Assembly (NCBI GenBank): GCA_034435095.1
Contig: DAOTYC010000034.1
Location: forward strand, 1-37,183
DNA: 37,183 nt
Source: Anaerolineae bacterium
GTDB lineage: Bacteria > Chloroflexota > Anaerolineae > DAOTYC01
Reading direction: 5' to 3'
Part shown: piece after piece, positions 11,477 to 20,463 of the stretch
Layout of the letters: every line of letters starts with the position of its first letter
How positions within the stretch are numbered: position 1 is the first letter of the stretch
The notes under the pieces: model-generated
Seen by the model: only the letters and a program-made list of their open reading frames with translations
Told to the model about the DNA's origin: nothing
Databases searched by the model: none
Position numbers and translations under genes: made by a program

Positions 11477-12268
11477 ATGAAACGACAGAGATTGGACCGC
11501 CTGCTGGTAGAGCGTGGACTGGTGGGAAGCCGAGAGCAAGCTCAACGGCTGATCATGGCCGGCGAAGTGTTGATTGACGGGCGGGTCGCGGACAAACCAT
11601 CCGGTATGGTCAGCGGTGGCGAGGAAATCCTCATCAGAAGCCAGCCTCCGTTTGTCAGTCGGGCTGGATTGAAACTGGCGGCCGCCCTCGACCGATTTGG
11701 TGTCTCAGTTGAGGGCCTGGTTGCACTTGACGTCGGCGCTTCGACCGGTGGTTTCACCGACTGTCTCCTACAAAGGGGCGCACGGCGGGTATACGCCGTG
11801 GATGTAGGCTACGGTCAATTGGCCTGGAAACTTCGCCATGACCCACGGGTCGTCGTCATGGAAAAAGTCAACGTCCGATACTTGAACAGCCTGCCGGAGG
11901 CTATCGCCATCGCCACGCTTGATGTGTCTTTCATCTCGCTCAAGCTGGTCATCCCGCCAGTGATGAAGCTGCTCGAGGCAGAGGCTTCGATCATTGCGCT
12001 GATCAAACCTCAATTTGAGGCCGGCCGCCGCCAGGTCGGCAAGGGAGGCGTGGTCAAAGACCCTCACGTGCATCGGGAAGTGCTCTCCGACTTCATCGCC
12101 TGGGCGAAACGCGAAGGCCTGGCCTTCACGGGGCTGATGGCGTCGCCTATTCGAGGGCCCGCCGGCAACGCAGAATTCCTCGTCTGGCTGAAGTGCGGCG
12201 CTCCTGACCCTGGGCTGAACGTCACAGAAACCGTAGAAGCCTGCCTGAACTCACTCCACGAGAGATGA
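11477..12268 (+). CDS. tlyA: TlyA family rRNA (cytidine-2'-O)-methyltransferase (S4 domain + FtsJ-like MTase)
   Basis: N-terminal S4 RNA-binding domain ([31 protein letters not shown]) and a SAM-binding motif [11 protein letters not shown]. 263 aa. Confidence 0.85.
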   Translation: MKRQRLDRLLVERGLVGSREQAQRLIMAGEVLIDGRVADKPSGMVSGGEEILIRSQPPFVSRAGLKLAAALDRFGVSVEGLVALDVGASTGGFTDCLLQRGARRVYAVDVGYGQLAWKLRHDPRVVVMEKVNVRYLNSLPEAIAIATLDVSFISLKLVIPPVMKLLEAEASIIALIKPQFEAGRRQVGKGGVVKDPHVHREVLSDFIAWAKREGLAFTGLMASPIRGPAGNAEFLVWLKCGAPDPGLNVTETVEACLNSLHER

Positions 12269-12295
12269 ACAGACTCACAGTCCGCCAGGTAAAGA

Positions 12296-12323
12296 CAAAA
12301 AGAGGCCGCCATCGGGCGGCCTC
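12296..12323 (-). terminator. Rho-independent terminator for hppA (minus strand); possibly weakly bidirectional
   Basis: Perfect 9-bp GC stem GAGGCCGCC / GGCGGCCTC with loop ATCG. On the minus strand it is followed by TTTTTGTCTTT. It lies 57 nt downstream of the hppA stop. Confidence 0.8.
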
Positions 12324-12379
12324 CTGGATCAACATGTCTGGTTGCGCGCAAGACACAGTGCAGCGCAAGAGCGTGCCTT

Positions 12380-14635
12380 CTACAGTGCCGGCGATACGTC
12401 CTTCTTGCTCTGGCTGACTGCCCAGATCATGGCGACAATCAGGATAACGATGGCGACATACGTCCCGACCGAACCGGCGGTTTGGACAATGAGCGGCGCG
12501 GCCAGCAAGCTGATCAGGTTGACCACCTTGATCATGGGGTTCAGGGCTGGCCCGGCGGTATCCTTGAGCGGGTCGCCGACCGTGTCGCCGTCAACGCCTG
12601 CCTTGTGAGCGGGCGACCCTTTGCCGCCGAAGTTGCCGTCCTCAATGAACTTCTTGGCGTTGTCCATCGCGCCGCCGGCAATCGCCATGTACACGGCCAT
12701 CAATTGTCCGGTCAGGATGACGCCGGCCAGGAATGTACCCAAAGCCTGCACGCCGAAGACCAGTCCGACCAACAGCGGCATACCTACTGCCAGCACCACC
12801 AGGCTGATCAGTTCTTTCTGGGCCGCAGCCGTCGTAATCGCCACAACCTTGCTGTACTCCGGTGTGACTTTGCCTTCCAGCACGCCGGGGATCCTAAATT
12901 GACGACGGACTTCCTCGACCACGAAGTTGGCCCCACGGGTAACTGCCCGCAGACAGAAAGCGGAGAACAAGAACGGCAACGAACCGCCCAGCAGGAAACC
13001 GATCGTGCCTTCCAGTGACGAAACAGAAATTCCGCGGTCTAGAAGCTCTTCCAGTTTTACCCCAGGGAAGGACAGGGTCAGCGCATCGGCCACAAAGGAG
13101 AAGAACAACGCAGTGGCCGCAATCACCGCCGAGGCGATAGCCACTTGCTTGGTGATGGCTTTGGTCGTATTCCCCACGGCGTCCAGCTCCGCCAGCAAAG
13201 CCCACGCCTTCTCGCCGACGCCGGCCATCTCGCCGATGCCATTGGCGTTGTCAGAAATCGGGCCATAGGCATCCATCGCCACATTGTTGCCAGTGTGGGA
13301 CAACATGCCGATGCCCACCATCGCCACGCCATAGAGTTTGTAAATCAGCGGCTCTCCCCAGAAGACGACCAAACTGGCCGCCAAGGCAGCGACGATAGCG
13401 AACAAGCTCCATACGCTGGCTTCCATGCCGACAGCCAGACCAGACAGGATGGTCGTGGCCGAACCAGTCTTGGTAGATTCGGCGATTTCCATTGTCGGGC
13501 GATGTTTCGCCGAAGTGAAGAAAGAGGTCAGAGGGTTGAAAGCCACCGCAAGGCCAACGCCCACGGCGTTCAGCGTCGCCAATTGCCATTCATGCGCGTA
13601 CGCTATTGAAAATACGAAGGCCCAGACAATCGTGTTCACCGAAGATACTTCATACGAGTGGAACATCGCGCTTTCGGCGTTATGCGCCCGCAAGAACTTG
13701 ATGGGGAAGGTCTCCCAGATGGGTACCGTGAACGTACCGATAATTGACGATATGACACCAATTGCCCGTACAACCAACGGGTAGACAATCCAGAAAGTGT
13801 CGCCTGTTTCATGCAACAAGAACAGCCCGAGGATCAAAGTGGACACAATGGTCACTTCGTAGCTTTCGAAGATGTCTGCCGCCATGCCGGCGCAGTCGCC
13901 CACGTTGTCGCCCACCAGGTCAGCGACTACGGCGGCGTTGCGCGGGTCGTCTTCCGGCAGACCTTGCTCGACCTTGCCCACCAGGTCAGCGCCGACATCA
14001 GCCGCCTTGGTGTAGATGCCACCGCCGATACGCATGAACAGTGCAACCAGAGTGCCGCCGAAGCCAAAGCCCAGCAGCACGTCGGGGGCGGCCTTGCCGA
14101 AAATCATGAAAATAGCTGTTCCACCCAGCAGGCCAAGCCCGTCGGTCAACATGCCGGTGAATGTCCCGGCGCGGTAGGCCACCGTGAGCGCGCCGTTGTA
14201 ATTTTCCAGCGCGGCCTGAGCCGACACGCGGATGTTGCCCTCGATAGCCACACGCATACCAAGCTGGCCGACGAGAATGGAAAACGTCGAGCCCAAAGCA
14301 AATGCCAGCGCACGACCGATACCAATCCACAACCTTGCCGCGTCCACATCATTGTTAAACACGGCCAGGGCCTCTTTGGTTGGCTGGACCACATAGACGC
14401 TGAAGAACAGCGCCACTGTCAGCAAGACTAAGAATGGTAGAATTGTTTTCAGTTGTTGCGAAAGATACCCATTGGCGCCATCTTTGATGGCACGCCACAC
14501 GACTTTCATGGCCTCAGTGCCCGTGTCGCGTTTCATCGTGTTGCGCCACAGCCAGAGTGCGTACACCAGGCTGATGAAAGCAACGACGATGACCCCCCAG
14601 AGCATTGCTTGCTCCAAACTGCTTAATGACGACAT
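12380..14635 (-). CDS. hppA: Membrane-bound proton- (or sodium-) translocating pyrophosphatase
   Basis: 751 aa and highly hydrophobic. It carries the conserved H+-PPase motifs GDNVGDCAGMAADIFESY and DAYGPISDNA. The N-terminus (MSSLSSLEQAMLWGVIVVAF) is typical of the family. GGGAGG RBS sits upstream of ATG 14635. Confidence 0.93.
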   Translation of the reverse strand: MSSLSSLEQAMLWGVIVVAFISLVYALWLWRNTMKRDTGTEAMKVVWRAIKDGANGYLSQQLKTILPFLVLLTVALFFSVYVVQPTKEALAVFNNDVDAARLWIGIGRALAFALGSTFSILVGQLGMRVAIEGNIRVSAQAALENYNGALTVAYRAGTFTGMLTDGLGLLGGTAIFMIFGKAAPDVLLGFGFGGTLVALFMRIGGGIYTKAADVGADLVGKVEQGLPEDDPRNAAVVADLVGDNVGDCAGMAADIFESYEVTIVSTLILGLFLLHETGDTFWIVYPLVVRAIGVISSIIGTFTVPIWETFPIKFLRAHNAESAMFHSYEVSSVNTIVWAFVFSIAYAHEWQLATLNAVGVGLAVAFNPLTSFFTSAKHRPTMEIAESTKTGSATTILSGLAVGMEASVWSLFAIVAALAASLVVFWGEPLIYKLYGVAMVGIGMLSHTGNNVAMDAYGPISDNANGIGEMAGVGEKAWALLAELDAVGNTTKAITKQVAIASAVIAATALFFSFVADALTLSFPGVKLEELLDRGISVSSLEGTIGFLLGGSLPFLFSAFCLRAVTRGANFVVEEVRRQFRIPGVLEGKVTPEYSKVVAITTAAAQKELISLVVLAVGMPLLVGLVFGVQALGTFLAGVILTGQLMAVYMAIAGGAMDNAKKFIEDGNFGGKGSPAHKAGVDGDTVGDPLKDTAGPALNPMIKVVNLISLLAAPLIVQTAGSVGTYVAIVILIVAMIWAVSQSKKDVSPAL

Positions 14636-14695
14636 GTACCTTTTCCTCCCTAAGACATCCCAAAGAAGTGAATAGTGTTGTGATTTGAAAAAGTG

Positions 14696-14735
14696 ATAAA
14701 CAAAAAACAGAGCCGGAGAAGAGTCCGACTCTGTT
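14696..14735 (-). terminator. Rho-independent terminator for the minus-strand transketolase/amidohydrolase/ABC-2 operon
   Basis: On the minus strand an 11-bp stem AACAGAGTCGG pairs with CCGGCTCTGTT (one G-U pair) around an 8-nt loop. It is followed by TTTTTGTTTAT. It lies ~200 nt downstream of the permease stop (14942). Confidence 0.7.
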
Positions 14736-14941
14736 AGAAAACTATGCTCAAATAGAAACAGATCAACTCCACCGACTGTTGTGAAAGTCCTTCACTTCAT
14801 TGTACGACGGAATTATGACGAATCGAAAACAACATACAGGTAAAGTACAGTTCAACCTCAACCCATTCGAGGTGACACTATATCACAATCGGACAAATCT
14901 GTCAAATCGTTACGCGCCTCACAAATAGCGTGCCACAGACC

Positions 14942-15724
14942 TTACTTAACCAGTCTTCTCCTCATCAGCGACAGTGCCACATTGACCATAACCAGCGACA
15001 CCACAGCCATCCACACCAGGTCCCAAATTAGGCTGGCATGGATCTGCCCATTGGCCAGGGCGCGAATGGGCGTGACGGCATGGGTCAATGGAGAGAACCA
15101 GGCCAGCCACCGGATGCTCTCCGGCAATCGCTCAAGGGGGAAGAACACGCCCGAGAAGAAAAACATGGGGGTAATGCCCAAAGTGATGTAGTAATTGAAT
15201 GCGCCGAATGTTGGAACTATCGAAGTGATGACCATAGACATAGACGAGAACAACAGCCCTTGGAGCAAGGCGACAAACGGAATGCCCAACGCCCACCAAG
15301 ACTGGGTCAGGCCGAAAACCGCAATGACGAACAACACCACCGTGGCGGAAATCAGGGCCCGCGTGGTGCCCCACAACATCTCCCCGCCGATGACATCTTC
15401 AATGGTGCAAGGCGTGGCCAGGATAGCATCGAAGGTTTTCTGGTATACCATACGGACGAATGAGGCATACGTGCACTCGAAGGCCGAAGCGTACATCGCG
15501 CCAGTCGCGGCGAATGCCGGCGCAAGAAACTGAATGAAGGACATCCCGTTGATGTCCGTCACGTAATAACCCAGCCCCAATCCCAAGGCAACGATGCTCA
15601 ATAACGGCTCGACGAACGGCGGCCAGAGCTCCGTCGCCCAGGCGTTCAGGTAAATGTCCCTATCTCTTTGCCAGATACGGTAGACCCGATAGGACATCTT
15701 CAACATTGGCAGTTCGAGTGGCAT
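14942..15724 (-). CDS. ABC-2 type transporter permease
   Basis: 260 aa with 6 predicted TM helices and an ABC-2 family pattern. It lies immediately downstream of the ABC ATPase gene. Confidence 0.8.
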   Translation of the reverse strand: MPLELPMLKMSYRVYRIWQRDRDIYLNAWATELWPPFVEPLLSIVALGLGLGYYVTDINGMSFIQFLAPAFAATGAMYASAFECTYASFVRMVYQKTFDAILATPCTIEDVIGGEMLWGTTRALISATVVLFVIAVFGLTQSWWALGIPFVALLQGLLFSSMSMVITSIVPTFGAFNYYITLGITPMFFFSGVFFPLERLPESIRWLAWFSPLTHAVTPIRALANGQIHASLIWDLVWMAVVSLVMVNVALSLMRRRLVK

Positions 15725-15763
15725 GAATTTACCCTTTCATGACGATCCCCCGTCAAGAGCTGA

Positions 15764-16684
15764 TCATTCGAGCAAGGCGCGCCCGGTCAAACGCAGGAAC
15801 ACATCCTCCAATGTAGACAGGCGATAAATAACCTCCTGGCAGCAGCCCAGGTCGAACTTCTGACGGAGATCATCAACGTTGTCAGCATACACGTAAAGAA
15901 TGTCGCCTACCTTCTCTGTAAGCACGTTGTCGCCTGTCAGCCGGGCCTGGAGCCCCTGGAGGTCGAGTTCTGTGCCGCGAATCTCTAAAACCTGTCCAGG
16001 CAAGTGCTCCCTGATCAGCTCGGACGGTGCGCCTTCAGCCAGTATTTGCCCGTCGTTCATGATGACCAGTCGGTCGCACAGTTGGGCTGCCTCGTCCATG
16101 TAGTGGGTGGTCAGTATCATTGTCGTCCCCTCATCGCGGAGCTGTCGCAGTTTCTGCCAGACGAGATGGCGCGCCTGAGGGTCCAGGCCGGTCGTCGGTT
16201 CGTCCAGAATGAGCAGCAGCGGGCGGTTTAGCATCGCCCGGCCGATGAGGAGGCGTCGTTTCATGCCGCCGGACAATTCACGGATTGGGCTGTGGCGTCG
16301 TTCCCACAGTTGCCAAAACTCCAGTTGCTCCTGCGCACGCTGAAGCGCCAGTTTGCGTGGCATATCGAAGTAGCGAGCGTAGACCAACAGGTTCTTCAGC
16401 ACATCCATGTCCTCATCGAGATTGTCTTCCTGAGGGACGACGCCTATCTGGTATTTGATGCGTCGGATGTTCTGGGTCACCGGCGTTCCAAGCACGGACA
16501 GATAGCCTTCGGTGATCGGGCTGAAGCCATAGATCATGCGCATCGTTGTGCTCTTGCCAGCTCCGTTCGGGCCGAGGAAACCGAAACATTCGCCCCGGTA
16601 AATATCGAAATCTATCCCGCGGACGGCTGGATTGCCATTGTAGACCTTGACCAGCCCCCTTGCCTCAACCACTTTTTCGTGCAA
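15764..16684 (-). CDS. ABC transporter ATP-binding protein (ABC-2/DrrA-like exporter ATPase)
   Basis: Walker A motif GPNGAGKST, ABC signature LSGGMKRRL and Walker B motif LLILDEPTTGLD. The start is assigned to TTG 16684 (protein MHEKVVEARGL...) because a GAGGA RBS sits 6 nt upstream. The alternative is TTG 16708. Confidence 0.85.
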   Translation of the reverse strand: MHEKVVEARGLVKVYNGNPAVRGIDFDIYRGECFGFLGPNGAGKSTTMRMIYGFSPITEGYLSVLGTPVTQNIRRIKYQIGVVPQEDNLDEDMDVLKNLLVYARYFDMPRKLALQRAQEQLEFWQLWERRHSPIRELSGGMKRRLLIGRAMLNRPLLLILDEPTTGLDPQARHLVWQKLRQLRDEGTTMILTTHYMDEAAQLCDRLVIMNDGQILAEGAPSELIREHLPGQVLEIRGTELDLQGLQARLTGDNVLTEKVGDILYVYADNVDDLRQKFDLGCCQEVIYRLSTLEDVFLRLTGRALLE

Positions 16685-16722
16685 GTTTGTCCTCAAATCC
16701 ACAATCAAACCGGAGTATATGG

Positions 16723-18165
16723 TTACAGTCCGAATAATTGCTGGGCGTTCTCGCGCAAAATCATCCGCCCGAAGGTCGCTGCCTCTTCTTCGGAGTAGAG
16801 CCCGACCCTGACCTTATCGCTGAGCACCTTCGACACGACCTGCCGGGCCATGGTGGCGTGGCCGTAGGCACCTTCGACAATAATAAAGTCTCCGCCGAAA
16901 GCCAGAATCTTGCTGACCGGAATGGTTTCCAGCCATTCATGCAGTATCTGCGCAGCCAAAGTGGGAGAGATGATCGGGACCCAGCACAAATCAGCATACA
17001 CATTGGGGAAATTCTTGGCCAGCGTAGACAATTCATGATGATAGGGATAGCCGGCGTGGAACAGGTCGAATTTTGCATTCGGATAGCGAATGAACAGATT
17101 GACCAGGTGGGTGGGCCGACTGTTGGCGATGAGGTTGCCGTTGCCTTCTTGCAAGCCTGTGTGAATCTGGATGGGCCGACGGTGCTCGATGGCCTGTCGG
17201 ATGACCTGATGCATCATGTAGTCCTGAAATGGCTTGGCCTCTTCCCAAGACAGCCTTTGCACAGTGTGTCGGAAAAGCCGGTTAAACACTTGCTCGGCAT
17301 CGTGCTGAGTGACGTCATCGTACTGGATGATACGTTGATAGGCGAGCCCCGTTTTCACCGCGATCATGCCATCTTGTACCTTGCGGGCCATATCTGCTTC
17401 CAGTGCTTTGACCAGGTCGTTCAGCGAGTGGATAGCCATGTCCGTTTCATATTCCAACCTCTGCACGTCTATGAGGTCGCGTATATCCACGAATCGGTCG
17501 AAGCGGATGGAAGGCGCAAAGAGGCTGCGGTCAACGTCCGTGCCGCCGCAGTCTAACACACTCAGGTCAATGCGGGCGCGTTCCTTGAGCACATAATGAT
17601 ACCAGCCCTTCTTTTTGGAGTCTTGCAAAGCCACCGAGAGCGCCTCAACTGTCTTCTCGTTCAGGTCGCCTATGCCGAACAAATCTCTGATGGCCGTCAA
17701 AACGCAGCGGGCATAGCCGGTATTGCGCACACGGGCCCAAAACGGGGCGAACCTGCGCCATTTTTCCAGTAAAGTAGGCTGATGGTCTGGCAGTCGTTCA
17801 GGGAAGGGATAGCCGGGGTCGCGGGGATAGATGGCGCTGCGCAGTGCGTCGCGCATCGCGCGGCCTGGCGCGCGGATCGCCTCGAGTTCATCCAGAGGCA
17901 TCCCGGCTGAAACCAGGTCGCTGCTGAGATAATGGGGCATGAAGTAGGTGAAGTCCAGCGTCTCTGCCATCCGCACCCGTTCGTCAACGATGTGCTCGTG
18001 AGTGTCGAACAACCTGATGCCATCAATAACTTCGGCCATTGTGGATTGCAACTGATCTCGCGTCATGATAGTATCCCTCTGAGACTTAATAATCTCGAAC
18101 AGGTCGCCTCCGGATGAGGCCCCGGCTATGTTGTCCCATTGCCAATCTATCCAGTTGCTCATCAT
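16723..18165 (-). CDS. Amidohydrolase-superfamily TIM-barrel metal-dependent hydrolase/isomerase (Amidohydro_2 / glucuronate-isomerase-like)
   Basis: N-terminal metal-binding motif LFDTHEHI, a later IQIHTG motif and C-terminal FGGDF/EGAYGH. ~480 aa. Substrate unknown. Confidence 0.7.
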   Translation of the reverse strand: MMSNWIDWQWDNIAGASSGGDLFEIIKSQRDTIMTRDQLQSTMAEVIDGIRLFDTHEHIVDERVRMAETLDFTYFMPHYLSSDLVSAGMPLDELEAIRAPGRAMRDALRSAIYPRDPGYPFPERLPDHQPTLLEKWRRFAPFWARVRNTGYARCVLTAIRDLFGIGDLNEKTVEALSVALQDSKKKGWYHYVLKERARIDLSVLDCGGTDVDRSLFAPSIRFDRFVDIRDLIDVQRLEYETDMAIHSLNDLVKALEADMARKVQDGMIAVKTGLAYQRIIQYDDVTQHDAEQVFNRLFRHTVQRLSWEEAKPFQDYMMHQVIRQAIEHRRPIQIHTGLQEGNGNLIANSRPTHLVNLFIRYPNAKFDLFHAGYPYHHELSTLAKNFPNVYADLCWVPIISPTLAAQILHEWLETIPVSKILAFGGDFIIVEGAYGHATMARQVVSKVLSDKVRVGLYSEEEAATFGRMILRENAQQLFGL

Positions 18166-18328
18166 GTAGCATCACCCTTGAAAGCTATCTGAACACTCTT
18201 GGCAGACCGCAGGCTCCAACTGGCAGCCGGACAAGTCAGACGGCCAGGCTACCGGGCCATCTGTCGAGACCTCGGCGGAGACGAGCAAAGGCCCTCTCGC
18301 CTCCGCCGAATCGTCGGGGGAATGCCGG

Positions 18329-19273
18329 TTACTTGCGGGCCAGAGTCTCGCGACAGGCGGCCACGATGTCGCCGACACTCAGCCCATATTTGTCCAACAG
18401 TTCGAAGAATTGCGCCGATTCAGAGAATCGGTCCTGGATTCCTACCCGCTTCATGGGTACCGGTGCACGCTCGACCAACACCTCAGCGACCGCGCTGCCC
18501 AAACCGCCATAGATGTTGTGCTCTTCGGCGGTCACAATGGCTCCAGTCTGGCGCGCGGCTTCCACGATTAACGCTTCATCGATCGGCTTGAGACTGGGCA
18601 TGGCAATAACCTGGCACTCAATGCCATCAGTCGCCAGTTCGTCAGCGGCGTCCAGGGCGCGAGAAACCATGACACCGATGGCAATGATGGCCAGGTCTTT
18701 GCCCTCCCTGAGCCGATAGCCCTTGCCGACCTCGACCTTGCCCGGCTTGCCTTCCACGTACGGCACCGGATTCCGAGACATGCGCAGGAAAACCGGTCCG
18801 GGCGTCTCAATTGTCGTCCGCAGCGCGGCCTTGGTTTCCTCCGCATCACATGGGACGAGGATGGTGATGTTGGGGATGGAACGGATGATGCCCAGGTCTT
18901 CAATGGCGTGATGGGTGGGGCCTTCCGGGCCAGCGGAATAGCCTCCGTAGTGCGCCATGATCTTCACATTGTTCTTGGCGTAGGCTACCTGCTGACGGGT
19001 CTGATCCAGAGCGCGCAAAGAAAGCAACATGCTGAAGCTGCACACCAGTGGAATCATGCCACAGGATGCCATGCCAGCCGCTATGGACATCATGTTTTGC
19101 TCGGCGATGCCGACATTGACGAACCGCTCCGGATATTTGCTCCCGAACTTGATGCTGCGCGTAGATTTCGAGACGTCGGCATCCAGGACGACGATGTTAT
19201 AACCTTCCTCGTACAGCTCGATGGCTGCGTCGGCGAAGGCTTCTCGCATGGCGATATTTTCCAGCGGTCTCAT
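18329..19273 (-). CDS. Transketolase, C-terminal subunit (pyrimidine-binding + C-terminal domains)
   Basis: MRPLENIAMREAFADAAIELYEEGYNIVVLDADV...VNVGIAEQNMMSIAAGMA is typical of split transketolase subunit B. The GGAGG RBS and start overlap the stop of the N-terminal subunit gene (ATGA at 19270-19273). Confidence 0.88.
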   Translation of the reverse strand: MRPLENIAMREAFADAAIELYEEGYNIVVLDADVSKSTRSIKFGSKYPERFVNVGIAEQNMMSIAAGMASCGMIPLVCSFSMLLSLRALDQTRQQVAYAKNNVKIMAHYGGYSAGPEGPTHHAIEDLGIIRSIPNITILVPCDAEETKAALRTTIETPGPVFLRMSRNPVPYVEGKPGKVEVGKGYRLREGKDLAIIAIGVMVSRALDAADELATDGIECQVIAMPSLKPIDEALIVEAARQTGAIVTAEEHNIYGGLGSAVAEVLVERAPVPMKRVGIQDRFSESAQFFELLDKYGLSVGDIVAACRETLARK

Positions 19274-20094
19274 TCTGCCAATACCTCCTGCAGTGCTTCG
19301 GGCAACCTCTTCGGGTCGCTCACGCCGTGCCATTCACACGTGTTTTCCATGAAACTGACACCTTTGCCCTTGACCGTGTGGGCGATGATAATACACGGCC
19401 TGCCTCGCACCGCCAGAGCCTGATCGAAAGCCGCCAAAAGTTCCCTCACGCTGTGCCCATCACATTCAAGCGTTTCCCAGCCGAAGGCGCGCCACTTTTC
19501 CGGTACCGGGGCGATCTCCATGATCTGGTGTGTCGGCCCGTCCAACTGGACATCGTTATAATCCAGGATAGCGGTCAGATTATCAACTTTGAAATGAGCA
19601 GCGGCCATGGCCGCCTCCCAAATCTGTCCTTCTTGGATCTCCCCATCGCCCAGCAGGGTGTAGACATGATAGGACTTGTTCTGCATCTTGGCCGCCAAGG
19701 CCATGCCCAGCGCCGCAGAGAGGCCCATACCCAACGAGCCAGCCGTCATGTCCACGCCAGGCACTTTGCGCATATCTGGATGGCCTTGAAGAATGCCACC
19801 CTTTTGCCGGAAAAGTTTCAGCTCATCTCGGGAGAAGAAGCCGCGTTCGCACAGAGCGGCGTACCAGGCCGCTGTCCCGTGTCCCTTGGATAGGACAAAG
19901 CGGTCGCGGTCCTCCCATGAGGGTTGCGCAGGGTCAACGCGCAACACTTTGAAGTACAGCACTGACATAATCTCTGCGGCGGATAACGCACCGCCAGGGT
20001 GACCCGATCCGGCATTGGCAATCATTTCCATAGACAGGCACCGGATCGTTTTGGCCTGCCTCTCCAGCGAGGCGATCAGCTCTTGTTGTTGCAT
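19270..20094 (-). CDS. Transketolase, N-terminal subunit (TPP-binding)
   Basis: TPP-binding motifs GHPGGALSAAEIMSVLYF and GDGEIQEGQIWEA. AAGGAG RBS sits 10 nt upstream of ATG 20094. The longer upstream ORF extension is rejected. Confidence 0.88.
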   Translation of the reverse strand: MQQQELIASLERQAKTIRCLSMEMIANAGSGHPGGALSAAEIMSVLYFKVLRVDPAQPSWEDRDRFVLSKGHGTAAWYAALCERGFFSRDELKLFRQKGGILQGHPDMRKVPGVDMTAGSLGMGLSAALGMALAAKMQNKSYHVYTLLGDGEIQEGQIWEAAMAAAHFKVDNLTAILDYNDVQLDGPTHQIMEIAPVPEKWRAFGWETLECDGHSVRELLAAFDQALAVRGRPCIIIAHTVKGKGVSFMENTCEWHGVSDPKRLPEALQEVLAE

Positions 20095-20162
20095 GGTTCT
20101 TCGCTCCTTTTCAGTAACGTATGTCGCGAAACGGGTTCGTGACTTTGGCATCGGACAAACGA

Positions 20163-20190
20163 ATGATAGCACGAAATCGCAGGTTTGCAA
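20163..20190 (-). promoter_or_regulatory. Putative promoter for the transketolase operon (minus strand)
   Basis: On the minus strand: TTGCAA, 16 nt, then TATCAT, ~70 nt upstream of ATG 20094. The 10-bp palindrome GTTTGCAAAC overlaps the -35 element. Confidence 0.35.
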
Positions 20191-20347
20191 ACTCAAATGG
20201 AATCGAAACCACATTTGACATTTGGCGCAAAATGGATATAATAGAAGTGAGAACGATTACACATACATCGGGCTCAATCAACCGAAGTCTAAACCACAGT
20301 CCATTGTCTGTCGTATCGGCGGCAGGGAACCTCAAATCAAGATGGTC

Positions 20348-20376
20348 TTGACAAAAACAGTTTTATCTGGTATAAT
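20348..20376 (+). promoter_or_regulatory. Consensus sigma70 promoter of the sugar-isomerase/ABC-transporter operon
   Basis: Exact TTGACA (20348-20353), a 17-nt spacer, then exact TATAAT (20371-20376). Confidence 0.8.
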
Positions 20377-20399
20377 TAGTTTGTTGACGCAACAAACTA
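20377..20399 (+). promoter_or_regulatory. Palindromic operator (10-3-10) overlapping the predicted transcription start
   Basis: TAGTTTGTTG acg CAACAAACTA has perfect 10-bp inverted arms and starts immediately after the -10 hexamer. This is the classic position for a repressor operator. Confidence 0.7.
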
Positions 20400-20463
20400 A
20401 ATGGCTCAGGACGGTTTCCCTGCCAGACGGCTGGCGATCATGTACATTAGAGGAGACCGACTC

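Noticed and set aside
12482-14431. Several plus-strand ORFs (178, 154, 119 and 206 aa) opposite hppA
   Set aside because: All lie antisense within the hppA CDS, whose product carries diagnostic H+-PPase motifs. Their compositions are Arg/His/Gln-rich. They are artefacts.
14815-14928. 37-codon ATG ORF (MTNRKQHTGKVQFNLNPFEV...) in the hppA/ABC spacer
   Set aside because: Its AT-rich codon usage is unlike every confident gene in the window. The RBS is weak. It is more likely non-coding leader/3' UTR sequence. It is kept only as a low-priority check.
16738-17556. 272-aa plus-strand ORF opposite the amidohydrolase gene
   Set aside because: It is antisense to a motif-supported CDS and has no RBS or recognisable domain.
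18277-18310. GGCGGAG...CTCCGCC hairpin between the transketolase C-subunit and amidohydrolase genes
   Set aside because: The stem is interrupted and no U-tract follows on the minus strand. It is probably an incidental GC-rich structure within an intra-operon spacer, not a terminator.
20401-20463. Upstream extension of the sugar isomerase ORF (alternative start ATG 20401)
   Set aside because: ATG 20401 lies only 2 nt after the palindromic operator, so within ~25 nt of the predicted transcription start and with no RBS. ATG 20464 has a GAGGAG RBS and begins the conserved TIM-barrel sequence.
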